DNA of 62,941 nucleotides, the filler included, from Octopus bimaculoides (Eukaryota), in NCBI RefSeq assembly GCF_001194135.2. It is 4 parts of 3 records of this genome, joined end to end, with 100 filler letters (N's around TTAATTAATTAA, not from the genome) between each part and the next. Parts side by side here need not be neighbours in the genome. Positions count along the whole stretch, not along the records: positions 40,299 to 60,307 come from NC_068983.1; positions 60,408 to 62,941 come from NC_069002.1; 2 more parts are not named here. One strand, written 5' to 3'. Below, one piece after another: positions 50,931 through 62,941 of the stretch. The notes below the pieces were generated by a model. That model was not told the origin of the DNA. It was given only the letters and a program-made list of their open reading frames with translations, and searched no databases. A program made the translations under genes and the position numbers. Position 1 is the first letter of the stretch. Every line of letters begins with the position of its first letter.

Positions 50931-52437
50931 AAAACACTTCCATAATAATGCTCATTTATTTCCATTAATATTTTGGAAAAAAAACTCCGTTTATTGTTAA
51001 GATATATATATACAGACTAAAAACTAAAGTATGTTTTTTTTTCTTTTATATCGCTAAGTCATAAGAAACATGTTTTTGTTGCGGTTTTTGGACAATTGGT
51101 TGTTGAGCGTGTAGGACGATCGAATCAGAACTCAAGCATTGTTTCATGAGACAGTAACACATAGAAATATTGTAATTTCTTACCTTTCGGGCCTGGTTCG
51201 AATATGCTTACAAAAATCGTATTAAGCAGATTGATTAGTTAAATTTACTACACAAGAACATATATAGTGCACATGATAGTCTACCGTAGAGTTTTCGTCT
51301 AAGTAATTTCAGTTGCAACGTTGGAATATACCGGAGGGGCAACAGAAAACACTTGCTTAAAATACTACTTACTGGGCGCAAACGTGAATGCGATGTTAGC
51401 TCTATAATCCCATAGCTTATTACAAATGAGGTATGAGCAGTCATCTTCGAGAAGCGAGCCTCATGAAACACTGCTCATCATCCGGTGGACTGTACTCCTT
51501 GTAAAAAAATTTGAAGGCAATTTTCGTTAGGTGTGTCACTCAGAAAATCCCGAGGGCCGCAGTTTCCCTATGACTGTTTTAGCCCTAATCAGGATCACTA
51601 ATATATGTTGTAGGACATCGACATAGTTTACAAATGCCTGCAGATGAAACCGTAAATTCTGGCGTTACATGATGTATTATATAGGAGTCCCGGATAAGAA
51701 GAATATACAAATGTTTATCGTTAACATCAAACAAAAAACATAAAACGGTTGGTTTGATCGATGTAAATAAACAGTGTACAACATAATGGAAATCATAACT
51801 GACGGATAATAAAGCCAAATGAAAACAAAGAGAAATAGAAAAAAAAAAAAAGATCACTCAATACGAACTTCACATCTAGATAATGTAAATAAAATAACAA
51901 AAATTGCATTGTGGGGAAAAAGATGATCAACTGAAAGAAATTGCGTATTATCATTTAGCCAAGTGGTGAACGTTCTTTCTGCTATCTTTTCGAAAGTACT
52001 TTTTAACGTACAGCACCATTGCAAAAATAACTTGCATTCCTTTTTATTGCTCACAAGTATTGACGCTCACAAGTATTGACGAACGAACTTATAGTCTCTC
52101 TCACTCTCTGTCTGTCTCTCTCTCTGTCTCTCTCTATCTCTGCCTGTCTGTCTGTCTGTCTGTCTGTCTATGTTCTTTCAAAATTCTCATATACGTATGC
52201 CTTTTAGGATATTAACCTTGTATATTTTTTTATAGTACTTGTTTGTACGTGTCTAAAACTTTGTGTGGGTGGGGGGTAGGGCTAGCCAATGTAATCGTTT
52301 ACAGTACTCAACCGGTATTTATTTTAAAGACTCCAAAAGGATGAAAGGTAAAGTAGAACTTGGTGACATTTGAAATGAGAATATTAAGCCACTAAGCATC
52401 TACTAGCTCGCCGCATGTGTATGTGTGTATAGTATAT

Positions 52438-52472
<35 letters not shown>

Positions 52473-52627
52473 TTAAAAAAACACACAAAAAACAATAACA
52501 AAAAAACAACAAAACAACAACAAAGTGAGGACGTGATACAGATAGTGTTATAAGACGTTCGGGAAAGGAAACAGATATGCAAAAACACGCACACACACAC
52601 ACATATATGTGTGTGTATACTATATCT

Positions 52628-52930
52628 GTGAGTGGTTTGGGCATTCGACTCCCGATCGCAAGGTCGTGAGTTAGAATTCAGGTGGTTCGTTGTGTCCTTG
52701 AGCAAGATACTCTATTTCACATTGTTTGAGTCCACCCAGATGGCAAAAATGAGTAGTATCTGTGTTTCAAAAGGCCAGTGTTATCATATTCTCTGTCACG
52801 CTGAATCTTCCAGAGAACTATGTTAATAGTACGCGTGTCTTGGAGTGCCCAACCACTTACACGTTAATTTCACGAGCAGGATGTTCCGTCGATAGGATCA
52901 ACTGTATTCTTCATTGTTTTAGCAGTTCAA
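52628..52930 (+). mobile_element. tRNA-derived SINE with a different head/core but the family B tail
   Basis: GTTGTGTCCTTGAGCAAGA..GTCCACCCAG..AAAATGAGTA core, then CACGCTGAATCT..ATTTCACGAGCAG..GGATCAACTG. Confidence 0.7.
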
Positions 52931-53153
52931 TATGTGTGCATGAGCACAAATTTATATGAAGGACCAAACATATTACCTTTATAGAGAATGTCAAAGTTTA
53001 GCTCTTTTATTGTAATCTTTGACTCGAATAACGTGATAATTTCAAGAGTATTTGTTGAGCACTAGTGAAATATATTTTGTTTTTACTAATTATGATGTAC
53101 AGTATGAAGAAGCTGTGTATCCTAGTGCTGAGTGTGTTATATTTTTGTGTATG

Positions 53154-53191
<38 letters not shown>

Positions 53192-53671
53192 NNNNNNNNN
53201 NNNNNNNNNNNNNNNNNNNNNNNNNNNNNNNNNNNNNNNNNNNNNNNNNNNNNNNNNNNNNNNNNNNNNNNNNNNNNNNNNNNNNNNNNNNNNNNNNNNN
53301 NNNNNNNNNNNNNNNNNNNNNNNNNNNNNNNNNNNNNNNNNNNNNNNNNNNNNNNNNNNNNNNNNNNNNNNNNNNNNNNNNNNNNNNNNNNNNNNNNNNN
53401 NNNNNNNNNNNNNNNNNNNNNNNNNNNNNNNNNNNNNNNNNNNNNNNNNNNNNNNNNNNNNNNNATATGTATATGTATTTTCCTGAATTTGTGTAAATGT
53501 GTATAGAATGAAGTTATATGTTCTGATTTACGCGTTTTAATTTTTTTGCAATGTTGAAGTGTGTTAAAGATTAAAAAAATATACCTTCTAAAAGGTATAA
53601 AGAGGAACAAGTCAGTCATTTCACTCCAGTTGTCAAGAATTCAACTCAACTGTCAGTTAAATACATTTTGA

Positions 53672-53709
53672 AATCTGATGATTACTACGAACGAATGAAA
53701 GCGCTAATT
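53672..53709 (+). ncRNA. Degenerate hammerhead remnant
   Basis: AAT-CTGATGA..GAAA-GCGC-TA-ATT; palindromic AGCGCT stem III; stem II decayed. Confidence 0.35.
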
Positions 53710-53989
53710 GAACTTTATGAACATTACTAAGTATGTTTTTAATGTTTAACATGCTTCAGCATTGGAGCGAAAATAGCTATTGGGATTTGTGGATATGTGA
53801 ATTGTTTATGTGTACTTATATGTATGCATATATTTGTGTGTGGTTGTGTGGATAAACGTACGTTGTTTGGGGGTGCGTTTGTCAGGTTTGTACACACGTG
53901 TGTGCGTTTCACTATTATTTATGTGTTTTTGTACCTGTGTGTATGTATTCCATATGTATATGTGATGTATTCCATGTGTATATGTTCAG

Positions 53990-54298
53990 TCCAGGAACCG
54001 AAATGGAGCTGTCATGGAATCTTTTACAAATTTTCATTCTGTCATTAGCCAATTGTCTTTGGAGAATGCAAATCAGTTTGCTTCATTCTTTCTAGAAAAA
54101 CTCCAGCATTTCTTGACTTTTATCAAATCTGTTACCACATTATTCAATGTATATATTATATTATGTACAAATGAAAATTCATCGCTTGGAAATAATAGTT
54201 GTAAGTTTCCCATTAATTCCCCATAGATGTTTTCCATTTTCCTAAATTTGTGACGAGACGTTCACACCAGCTGGGAGTTGATCTGTACAACAGTGCAT
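53990..54298 (-). mobile_element. R4-clade RLE C-terminal fragment
   Basis: CTVVQI..YGELMGNLQLLFPSDEFSFV..LICILQ..KICKRF, homologous to 7390-7670. Confidence 0.7.
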
Positions 54299-54304
54299 GA
54301 TTTT

Positions 54305-54960
54305 AGTATGTAGTCTTCTGTTTTAATTGATATTGTTGCTTCAAATTTTCGTTTGAAACGTTTTCCTCCACATAATTATGACAAAATACACAAAAATTTG
54401 AATAATAATATACAATCCTTATTATAAGGAAGGAGATGGTTTCTAACAAATATACAAAGCTCCATCGTTGAAATTGAGAAAAATCTTGCGTACTTTTACT
54501 GTCCCACTTACAAGTTGTATTTGTAATCTGCGAGTTAGCCGGTTGAATTCTTTTTCTGAAAAACCTTAACGTCATCTAATTGCCACTTAGGCATTTACAC
54601 ATAAACCAAGTGCACCACTTACCATCGGTATACACGTGAATTTATATAATGGATATATTGAAACTGGAGGTTTCCAGGGAGTTGTCCATAGTTGTCCTCT
54701 TTCTTTTGATTTTCAGAGGTATTCACATCAACAGGACAACTGATTTCTATGACGGTACATACTTTCTCTTGCCTGTCCAAAACACTATCCAGCCTAATAT
54801 AATTATAATTGATAGATGTTTTATGGGAATATTCCACTAGTATTTTTTGTATTATGTATGTATTATGAATTATGCATATATCCGATCCCCACAACCTTCT
54901 ACCAGAACCAATATTGTCACTGATTTCCAAATACGCTGCACCCTATGACCAATATATTAA
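54305..54960 (-). mobile_element. R4-clade RLE C-terminal fragment plus 3' UTR
   Basis: VLDRQEKVCTVIEISCPVDVN..KEDNYGQL.GNLQ..GALG. Confidence 0.8.
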
Positions 54961-55016
54961 GTAAGATTTTTGGCATGATTCACTCCAAGCTGTCGACAAA
55001 TACAGAGAGAGAGAGA

Positions 55017-55080
<64 letters not shown>

Positions 55081-58000
55081 TTATATTTTTTGTATCCTCG
55101 CAGTTCTGTTGAGAGAGCCGGCAAGTGATTTACTTAAGAACTGCGCTACAACCGATGTGTGTCTATAAAGACATTTGAAAATGTTGATTGGAACGGTCTC
55201 AAGGAAGTCATTGGACTTGAGTGAAATATCCAGTTAGAGAAATTAAATTTGGATACTGTAACAAAAACTGTTGTCAGCCTGTCAGTCTGTCTACTTGTCT
55301 ATCTGTTTTTCTTTCTCTATCTTTCTATCTTTCCTTGTCTCCGTCTTTCAGCAAATGCATCCTATGAGCAGATATAGCACAGTACTGTGATGCGTGAAAG
55401 AGAAAAACCACATAATTAATGACTGTTTTGTAGCTTGAATTATCCGTTACAGTCCTTTTATGGACATGGGTTATCATAAGAATGCTCACTTTGCAACACT
55501 GTTTCAACCAACTCTATTACTACGATGCCAAAAAGAAAAAAAAAAAAAAAAAAAAAAAGAAAAGTAAAAAAATAAAAATAAAAAAATAAAAAATAATAGA
55601 AATCAATGAATGACTTGTTACAAACCTTTGTGTCAGTTACGATCGAAATCGTTTTCGAAAAAAATAATAATAAATGAGTGGAATAGGATAAGTCGTGTTG
55701 ACGATATTGTTGTGTCAGTTGTTTGATGTTAAGTTGTTGTTCAGCTTCACTTCTGTTCAGAGGGAATTTTGCCTATTCTTTGGAAACCATTTATCCTGCT
55801 ATGATCTCAGTCTGCCATTGGAAAAAAAAGAAAAGATTATAGCACTTTATGATGGAGATTAATTAAGTCCACTGTTGCGTAGTTTTGGTAGAATTTCGTT
55901 TTGTCTGTTCCCTCGAGGCTAAATATAATCCAGTCTTGGATATTCTTTCCCATCTCATTAACTGGTCTTTCTCTAAATCATTTGACACAGGTTTACATAG
56001 CTTGTAACACGTGACACTTTATAGTTTAGAACGTGTGCGTAATATGCCTTACCAGATTGTTATAATTTGTTTTTAGCCCTCCCAACAAGTCTGTCTACCT
56101 CACCCGTTTCTAGCAATGCAGTAATCCAGATAACACAATTGAATGTCCTTTTTTTAAGAGGATGTAGCGGAATTTGAAAGAGGTTTAATTGTTATTTCTA
56201 CCTGTTCAAGAGAGCACGCAGAGTCGTCTGCCTTGGCTCTTAACGTAAGAGTTCTTTTCTATGCATCTGTGGTCGGGGACCTCTTTTTGTTTTCGTTTAC
56301 TGCTATTGAATCTAGACGTTTGAAGGACAACATAATTTTTAATTTTACGAAAAGACCTTTTTTCAAGTTAATGTTAACTTTTTTGCCTACGGTCTCGTGA
56401 GACAACAGCATACTCTTCGAGGTGATATTGCCACTTTTAAAACGTGCATAGACTCGCAATCAGTTGTCATTTTGTTTAAATTATTGGTCCCTCTGTGCAG
56501 GTTATCATTATTATTCATAATACATACGTGATTGAGAGATTCTTTTATTTCGCCAAAATTGATAAAAAAAAAAGAAAGATATCCAAGATTTTTTTATTAC
56601 GACAGCCTCAGTAGAATGTCTATGAAAAACTTTTGTTCTACAATGCATGTAGAAACAGCTATGGGCATAAAAAAAAGGCAGGTTAGGAAGGCAGTCATCA
56701 TCAGGCGGAAGTGTGAAGGAGAGTGAAATTTATACAGGCCTGTCGTGTCTGTCTGTAAGTATCGAGGGAGTCAGAAGAGTACTCATTCCAGGCGCTGAGA
56801 GCATTTGCTAAATCACTCAATCAAGCAACTCGATGACATTTTGGTGCAGTTATTGCTTACCGTGTGTCGATCAGTGTACGATAGAACTTGCTCCACATTG
56901 CTGTTTTGCTTCAGTTTACTCTAAAACAAAACTCATGATCAAAAACGTCAAAGGGGTGACAGGCCCACCGTTTCTTTTCACATCCAGTCTATCTCTAACT
57001 ATATGATCCAATGTTTTGCTTTTATTTTTCATGTTAATAAATTGTCATTTGAGAGAACTATAGCTGCTGTCTCCAGCACCTCAAGCAACCGCTTAGTGGC
57101 TCCCTTATCAGCTCGTGTTCTACAGTATAAGAATATTAAGCACTGATAATACTGCCACTAACAGCACAACAGATGTCAATAAAAACGACATCAACAATAG
57201 CAACAACAACGATAGAAACACCAGCAGCAGCAGCAGCCATAATAACAATAAAAACAACACAAACAACAACGTTTGCAATAGTGCAAAAAAAAATATCTAT
57301 CTATCTACAACACCAGCAGTATTGTTTGTAATACCGAACCTAACCAAATACCTACAACAATATAACAGTAACACAACAACAACAATAACAACAGTGTTAA
57401 CAAGAACAACAATTACAACAGCATAAATGTATAGCAAGCAGCCTCTATGAGTGCTTTCCAAATTTTTCATATTGGCGACACCCTTTGTCAAATGAAAATT
57501 AATTATGATACTTTAAATATTTTTGGCAATTAAAATTCATTTCCCGACATAAATCGTGTCTAAATGTAGGCAGAGCGGTTGGATCTGAAATATACTTCAC
57601 AGCTAAATGTATTTACTGCTTTAGAAGTCGACGTAATATATAGGGCGGAGGTAAAGAACATGGACCGCATCCACTTTCGTTTTTTTTCTTTTTGGGGGAT
57701 CGGGTGTTCTACAGAAACCCGCCTTTTTGACTGCAGAGATTCCGAATCTGCAAAAAAATTCGGCTTTTCAAAATTTTAGAGAGGGAAGAAGTGTATATTT
57801 ATTTATTTTTGAAAAATTGAAATTTACAAAATTTGTCTTTTCAGAATCACTGTCTCCGTAGTTTTCTACGTATTNNNNNNNNNNNNNNNNNNNNNNNNNN
57901 NNNNNNNNNNNNNNNNNNNNNNNNNNNNNNNNNNNNNNNNNNNNNNNNNNNNNNNNNNNNNNNNNNNNNNNNNNNNNNNNNNNNNNNNNNNNNNNNNNNN

Positions 58001-58099
58001 NNNNNNNNNNNNNNNNNNNNNNNNNNNNNNNNNNNNNNNNNNNNNNNNNNNNNNNNNNNNNNNNNNNNNNNNNNNNNNNNNNNNNNNAGTGTTCAAAAT

Positions 58100-58460
58100 A
58101 AAAAAAAATTTCTATCGTCCTGGCCTAACAGTTTGTTTTCATTGTCTTGTCTTGTTTTTACTGTCTTTTACTGTCCTGTTCTTGTTTACACTTTCACCCT
58201 CCGCAAAAAATTCCAAATTTTATTTAATTTGCTTTGCGGGAAGGACTGCTCCAACGAAGTCGCGTATTGTCCTTGCCTTCGAAAGGTGGAGTAGATGGAA
58301 CAGGGACAACTGATGAAGGGAAATATTCTTTATGTTGCATGTCTCGTTTCTCTTTTTGTTTTTTGCGTTGTCCGAAAACAAGTTCGTTTTCTGTCTTCGT
58401 CTTTATGTTTTCGTTTCTCATTGTGTTTAGCATTATTTGTGATGTCCTGCACCCATATAT
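58100..58460 (+). repeat. Unclassified interspersed repeat related to 690-1020
   Basis: Shared blocks as described for 690-1020. Confidence 0.55.
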
Positions 58461-59207
58461 GCATGTATGTATACATATCGATGTCGGTATGTACATATAT
58501 GTATGGATATATGCATATATTTATATGTTATTTAAATTATTATATGATCGAACGCCACGCATCCATTTCCAAGTAAGTTATGTGTATACATACATATATA
58601 TACATATTCTAGCCGAATCTCCCTTAAATAACACGCTAACCTACAAATGGAGGAAGATACTGGTCAATATAGTACTGGTCAATACAGTCTGAAAGAAGAA
58701 TTAAGAATGGTAACAGGCTGTTGATGTGTCTGTTTGATCAATGTTTCTTAGCAGCTAAATAACACTAACAGCAACAACATCAACAACAACACCAAGGAAA
58801 CAAATACACGAAGGAAACACTACGTCCAAAGCGACTACTGTTTTCCTCTTAATAACAATCACCTGCTCAGCAAATTATCAACTTTACCCTCAATGTACTA
58901 CATCGAACACCGCAATGTTGGAATTTGTTGGAGATATTCGTCCAGGAGACCCTTTGGAATGTTAGGTCTTTTCTTTCTCTTATGTACATTGATATACGTG
59001 AAGTATATTTAGAACTTAAATGCAGCTAACTACTAAGAGTGAATGCTACTGTAGCTTGTAGCCCCAAGAGAATACCTTCTCCAGCTGGCTATTGGCACAC
59101 TTTCTGTGCCCTATCAGTATTTGCAAAGGGCACAGAAAGTGTGTCAATAGCCAGCTGGAGAAGGTTGTCTCCTGGGGCTACAAGCTACAGTAGCATTCAC
59201 CCTATGT

Positions 59208-59621
59208 GTGCAGGAGTGGCTGCGTGGTAAGTAGCTTGCTTACCAGCCACATTGTTCTGGGTTCATTCCCACTGCGTGGCACCTTGGGCAAGTGTCTTCA
59301 ACTATAGCCTCGGGTCGACCAAAGCCTTGTGAGTGGATTTGGTAGACGGAAAATTAAAGAAGCCCGTCGTATATATGCATATATATAAATTATGTATGTG
59401 TGTGTATATGTTTGTGTGTCTGTGTTTGTCCCCCCAGCATCGCTTGACAACCGATGGTGGTGTGTTTACCTCCCCGTAACTTAGCGGTCCGGTAAAAGAA
59501 GCCGATAGAATAAGTACTAGGCTTCCAAAGAATAAGTCCTGGGGTCGATTTGCTCGACTAAAAGGCGGTGCTCCAGCACGGCTGCAGTCAAATGAATGAA
59601 ACAAGTAAAAGAGAGTAAAGA

Positions 59622-59622
<1 letters not shown>
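59208..59622 (+). mobile_element. SINE family C, full-length (tRNA head, CORE-like segment, internal microsatellite)
   Basis: GGAGTGGCTGCGTGGTAAG (A-box-like), GGTTCATTCCC (B-box-like), ACCTTGGGCAAGTGTCTT CORE-like; degenerate copies or heads at 27485-27593 (-), 44165-44197, 48430-48500 (-), 61483-61770 (-). Confidence 0.85.
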
Positions 59623-59686
<64 letters not shown>

Positions 59687-60259
59687 TAAGCATATACATA
59701 TATATAAACTTACGTGTGTGTGTATATATAAGTANNNNNNNNNNGGGGGGGGGGGTCAAATATGTTTAACTTCTCTTATCGGGCCAATATATGGGCGCGA
59801 AATTGCGTTTTCCCCGCTGCCTCATTAGTGATGAGGGGTTAGGGAACATCTATGTCTGTTTCTGGTTTGTTTGTGCATTTACTTTTTAACTCATTGTATA
59901 TGTATGTATGCATGTATGTATGTATGTATGGATGGATGGATGTATGGATGGATGGATGTTTGTATCTATGTATGTTTGTGTTTCTTTTTCAGTTGTCTGC
60001 CGATGTGCTTCTTATCTTGCTGACCCTATAACGTGCATCTGCTGCTGAATGCATCTCTAGTGTGATGTTATGCGTTACTGAATACTGAAACATGTGCAAC
60101 AGATGAAATAAGGGACTATCAAGTCAATGCCAACATTTTACCCTTGCTGTGCTCCTTGTATATTCCCCTGTGCACCACGCCACGGTGAAAGCTTAACGCT
60201 ATTAATGTTCAAGCTGAATCTTAAAATAGTTTAGTTGTCGCGCGTCCACCACATGCAGT

Positions 60260-60307
<48 letters not shown>

Positions 60308-60407
60308 NNNNNNNNNNNNNNNNNNNNNNNNNNNNNNNNNNNNNNNNNNNNTTAATTAATTAANNNNNNNNNNNNNNNNNNNNNNNNNNNNNNNNNNNNN
60401 NNNNNNN
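60308..60407. other. Artificial 100-bp scaffold spacer
   Basis: 44N-TTAATTAATTAA-44N. Confidence 0.9.
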
Positions 60408-60489
<82 letters not shown>

Positions 60490-60492
60490 CAA

Positions 60493-60534
<42 letters not shown>

Positions 60535-60538
<4 letters not shown>

Positions 60539-60710
60539 TTCCATTCTAATATAGGTACAAGGCCTGCATTTCGTGGGGAGGGGGACAGACGATCGCACAA
60601 GGCCCGCAAGTTCGGGGAGGGGATAAGTCGGTCACATCAACCCCAGTGTTTAACTAGTACGTATTTTATCGACCCCAAAAGGTGAAGTCGACCGCAGCGG
60701 AATTTGAACT
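60535..60710 (-). mobile_element. SINE family A, 5'-truncated
   Basis: TTTATCGACCCC..GTCGACCGCAGCGGAATTTGAACT; other degenerate copies at 35740-35885, 52270-52412, 61075-61160, 61170-61387 (all minus). Confidence 0.7.
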
Positions 60711-60998
60711 TTAATAATATTACTAGTAATAATAATATATAATCCCAACTTGCATCTAGATTACCGTTCCAGTTTCCCATACTTATCTAATACTTGCGGT
60801 GACTTTCACACGATGCAAGCTGTGCTGGCCCCGCCCAACGAGCAGTTCGTGTTCTGAGTTTCAGTGAGATACAAGTTCACATGTGACCGAGGATCACATG
60901 CATGATTACTTTCCCCGCTATCAATTTACCGTGAAGAATGTTTACCGTGAGGAAAGTATACCGAGAAAATATATCCATACTTTCTCATCATTAGTAGT

Positions 60999-61067
60999 GG
61001 AGGCACAATGGCCCAGTGGTTAGGTCAGCGGACTCGCAGCCATAGGATCGCGGTTTCGATTCCCAGA
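60999..61067 (+). mobile_element. SINE family B tRNA-like head only
   Basis: GGAGGCACAATGGCCCAGTGGTTAGG..GGTTTCGATTCCCAG. Confidence 0.7.
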
Positions 61068-62602
61068 GCTCTATGGAATTTTAACTCAGAATGCAAAAAC
61101 GGACGAAATGAAGCTAAATATTTTGGCTGGCGTGCTTAACGCTTCTGCCAGCTTACCCCTTTTGCTACTAAGGCTTCCTAACATAGACAGAAGGACTGAA
61201 ATTTCGAGAAAGGGGCATGATTCATTTCTTTGACCCCGTTGTTTAAATGGACATTATTTTATCGAACGGATGAAAGGGAAAGGCCACCACAGTGGAATTT
61301 GAACTCATAATGTAAAGAGTCGGAAGGAAATGTGGCGAAGAGTTTTTTTAACCAGTGTGCTCAAGATTCCACCAGATCACCGCCTTAACAACGACAATAA
61401 TTATTCTTTCTAATTATAGCACAAGATCAGCAAAGAGACGACCAAATCGATCATATAATCACCAGTTCTTATTTTCTGTCTCATACTTATTCTATCGGGC
61501 TCTTTCGATGAACCGCTATTTTACAGAGATGTAAATAACACAACGCCGGTTGTCACGCGGTGGAAGAATATTAAGACGCGAAGTTACACACAAACATGTA
61601 CGGCAGTGGGGTACTGAAAAGTCCCTGGGTCTGGGAGGTGTCACTGGTATGTCTATAACGAACGTCCACAAAGTCTCTGCCTACCAAATCCATTCACAGG
61701 GCCTTAGTTCGTTTAGGGGCTGTACACAGAACGACGTGGCTGCAAAGCGAACTTCTTCACCACACAGCTATAACCATTTTCTGTTACGCTCTCATGTGCA
61801 AAACAAATAGAACAGCATCACCGAAGAAAAGACAAACAAAAAACCTAACAAACACCTAAAAAAAAAAGAAGTATCACAAAAACGAAGACTATAAAACTGA
61901 AGCAAAACATACAACAGTAACACAGACAATAACAGCGATGCTGTACTTTTAAGATGCTACCGGAAGTACGTTTAAGCACATTTCTGCAACAGGAGATAAG
62001 AAAATGCATCGTGATATGGCATTATAACTGATATTAGCAATGACACATGTATACGTTTGTGTGTACGCGCGCGTCTGTGTGTGTGTGTGTGTGTGTGTGT
62101 AAGTATGTATATATGCATATATATATGCACATGTGAATATATGTATAATGTATATATATATATANNNNNNNNNNNNNNNNNNNNNNNNNNNNNNNNNNNN
62201 NNNNNNNNNNNNNNNNNNNNNNNNNNNNNNNNNNNNNNNNNNNNNNNNNNNNNNNNNNNNNNNNNNNNNNNNNNNNNNNNNNNNNNNNNNNNNNNNNNNN
62301 NNNNNNNNNNNNNNNNNNNNNNNNNNNNNNNNNNNNNNNNNNNNNNNNNNNNNNNNNNNNNNNNNNNNNNNNNNNNNNNNNNNNNNNNNNNNNNNNNNNN
62401 NNNNNNNNNNNNNNNNNNNNNNNNNNNNNNNNNNNNNNNNNNNNNNNNNNNNNNNNNNNNNNNNNNNNNNNNNNNNNNNNNNNNNNNNNNNNNNNNNNNN
62501 NNNNNNNNNNNNNNNNNNNNNNNNNNNNNNNNNNNNNNNNNNNNNNNNNNNNNNNNNNNNNNNNNNNNNNNNNNNNNNNNNNNNNNNNNNNNNNNNNNNT
62601 GC

Positions 62603-62633
<31 letters not shown>

Positions 62634-62941
62634 CATAGACATGTATATATGGAGACACCTTCAAAGCCTCACACGCACGCGTGCACATACACAAACACAT
62701 ACAGACACTCATGCATAAGCGGGTAAGTGTGTGGTAGGGTGAGTTGTACGTGTGTGTGTGTGTGTGTGTGTCTGTGTGTGTCTGTGTCTGTGTTTATGCG
62801 TATGCGTCGGTGAGTGCGCGCGTAAATTATTAGCACATCAAGAGATGCTCGTTTGCTTACGCAAGACGCAGGAAAGTCTGAATTGAAAAAAAAAAAAATA
62901 CTTTCTCCCTTAAAACCTCGACCACCCGGCCCCACTTCAAC

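Noticed and set aside
54014-54226. 70-aa plus-strand ORF with an upstream acceptor
   Set aside because: Antisense to an R4 RLE remnant.
60999-61067. tRNA-like sequence
   Set aside because: Same as the SINE family B head; lacks a complete acceptor stem, so not a tRNA gene.

Overview
AT-rich eukaryotic, repeat-dominated, gap-riddled window with no confidently identifiable intact protein-coding gene. The tRNA-derived SINE families and microsatellite load resemble a coleoid cephalopod (Octopus-like) assembly; this is recalled family resemblance, not a search result. Three identical 100-bp artificial spacers (44 N + TTAATTAATTAA + 44 N) split it into four joined segments. Recognisable content: several decayed R4/Dong-clade (RLE) non-LTR retrotransposons, a Tx1/L1-clade 3' end, RTE fragments, a 5'-truncated Penelope-like element (GIY-YIG) with about 490-bp inverted arms, two mariner transposase remnants, MITE/hAT ends, about 20 SINE copies from 3-4 families, and many microsatellites that explain almost all ORFs in the supplied track. 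The most interesting signal is a set of hammerhead-ribozyme-like motifs in Penelope-type repeats, including a multi-copy core variant (CUGUGGA/CUGUUGA plus an extra A) and a covarying pair with an extra G. Also notable are apparent microsatellite-targeted insertions: (TACA)n for R4 and (TTC)n for Tx1. All coordinates were read by eye and may be off by a few bases.
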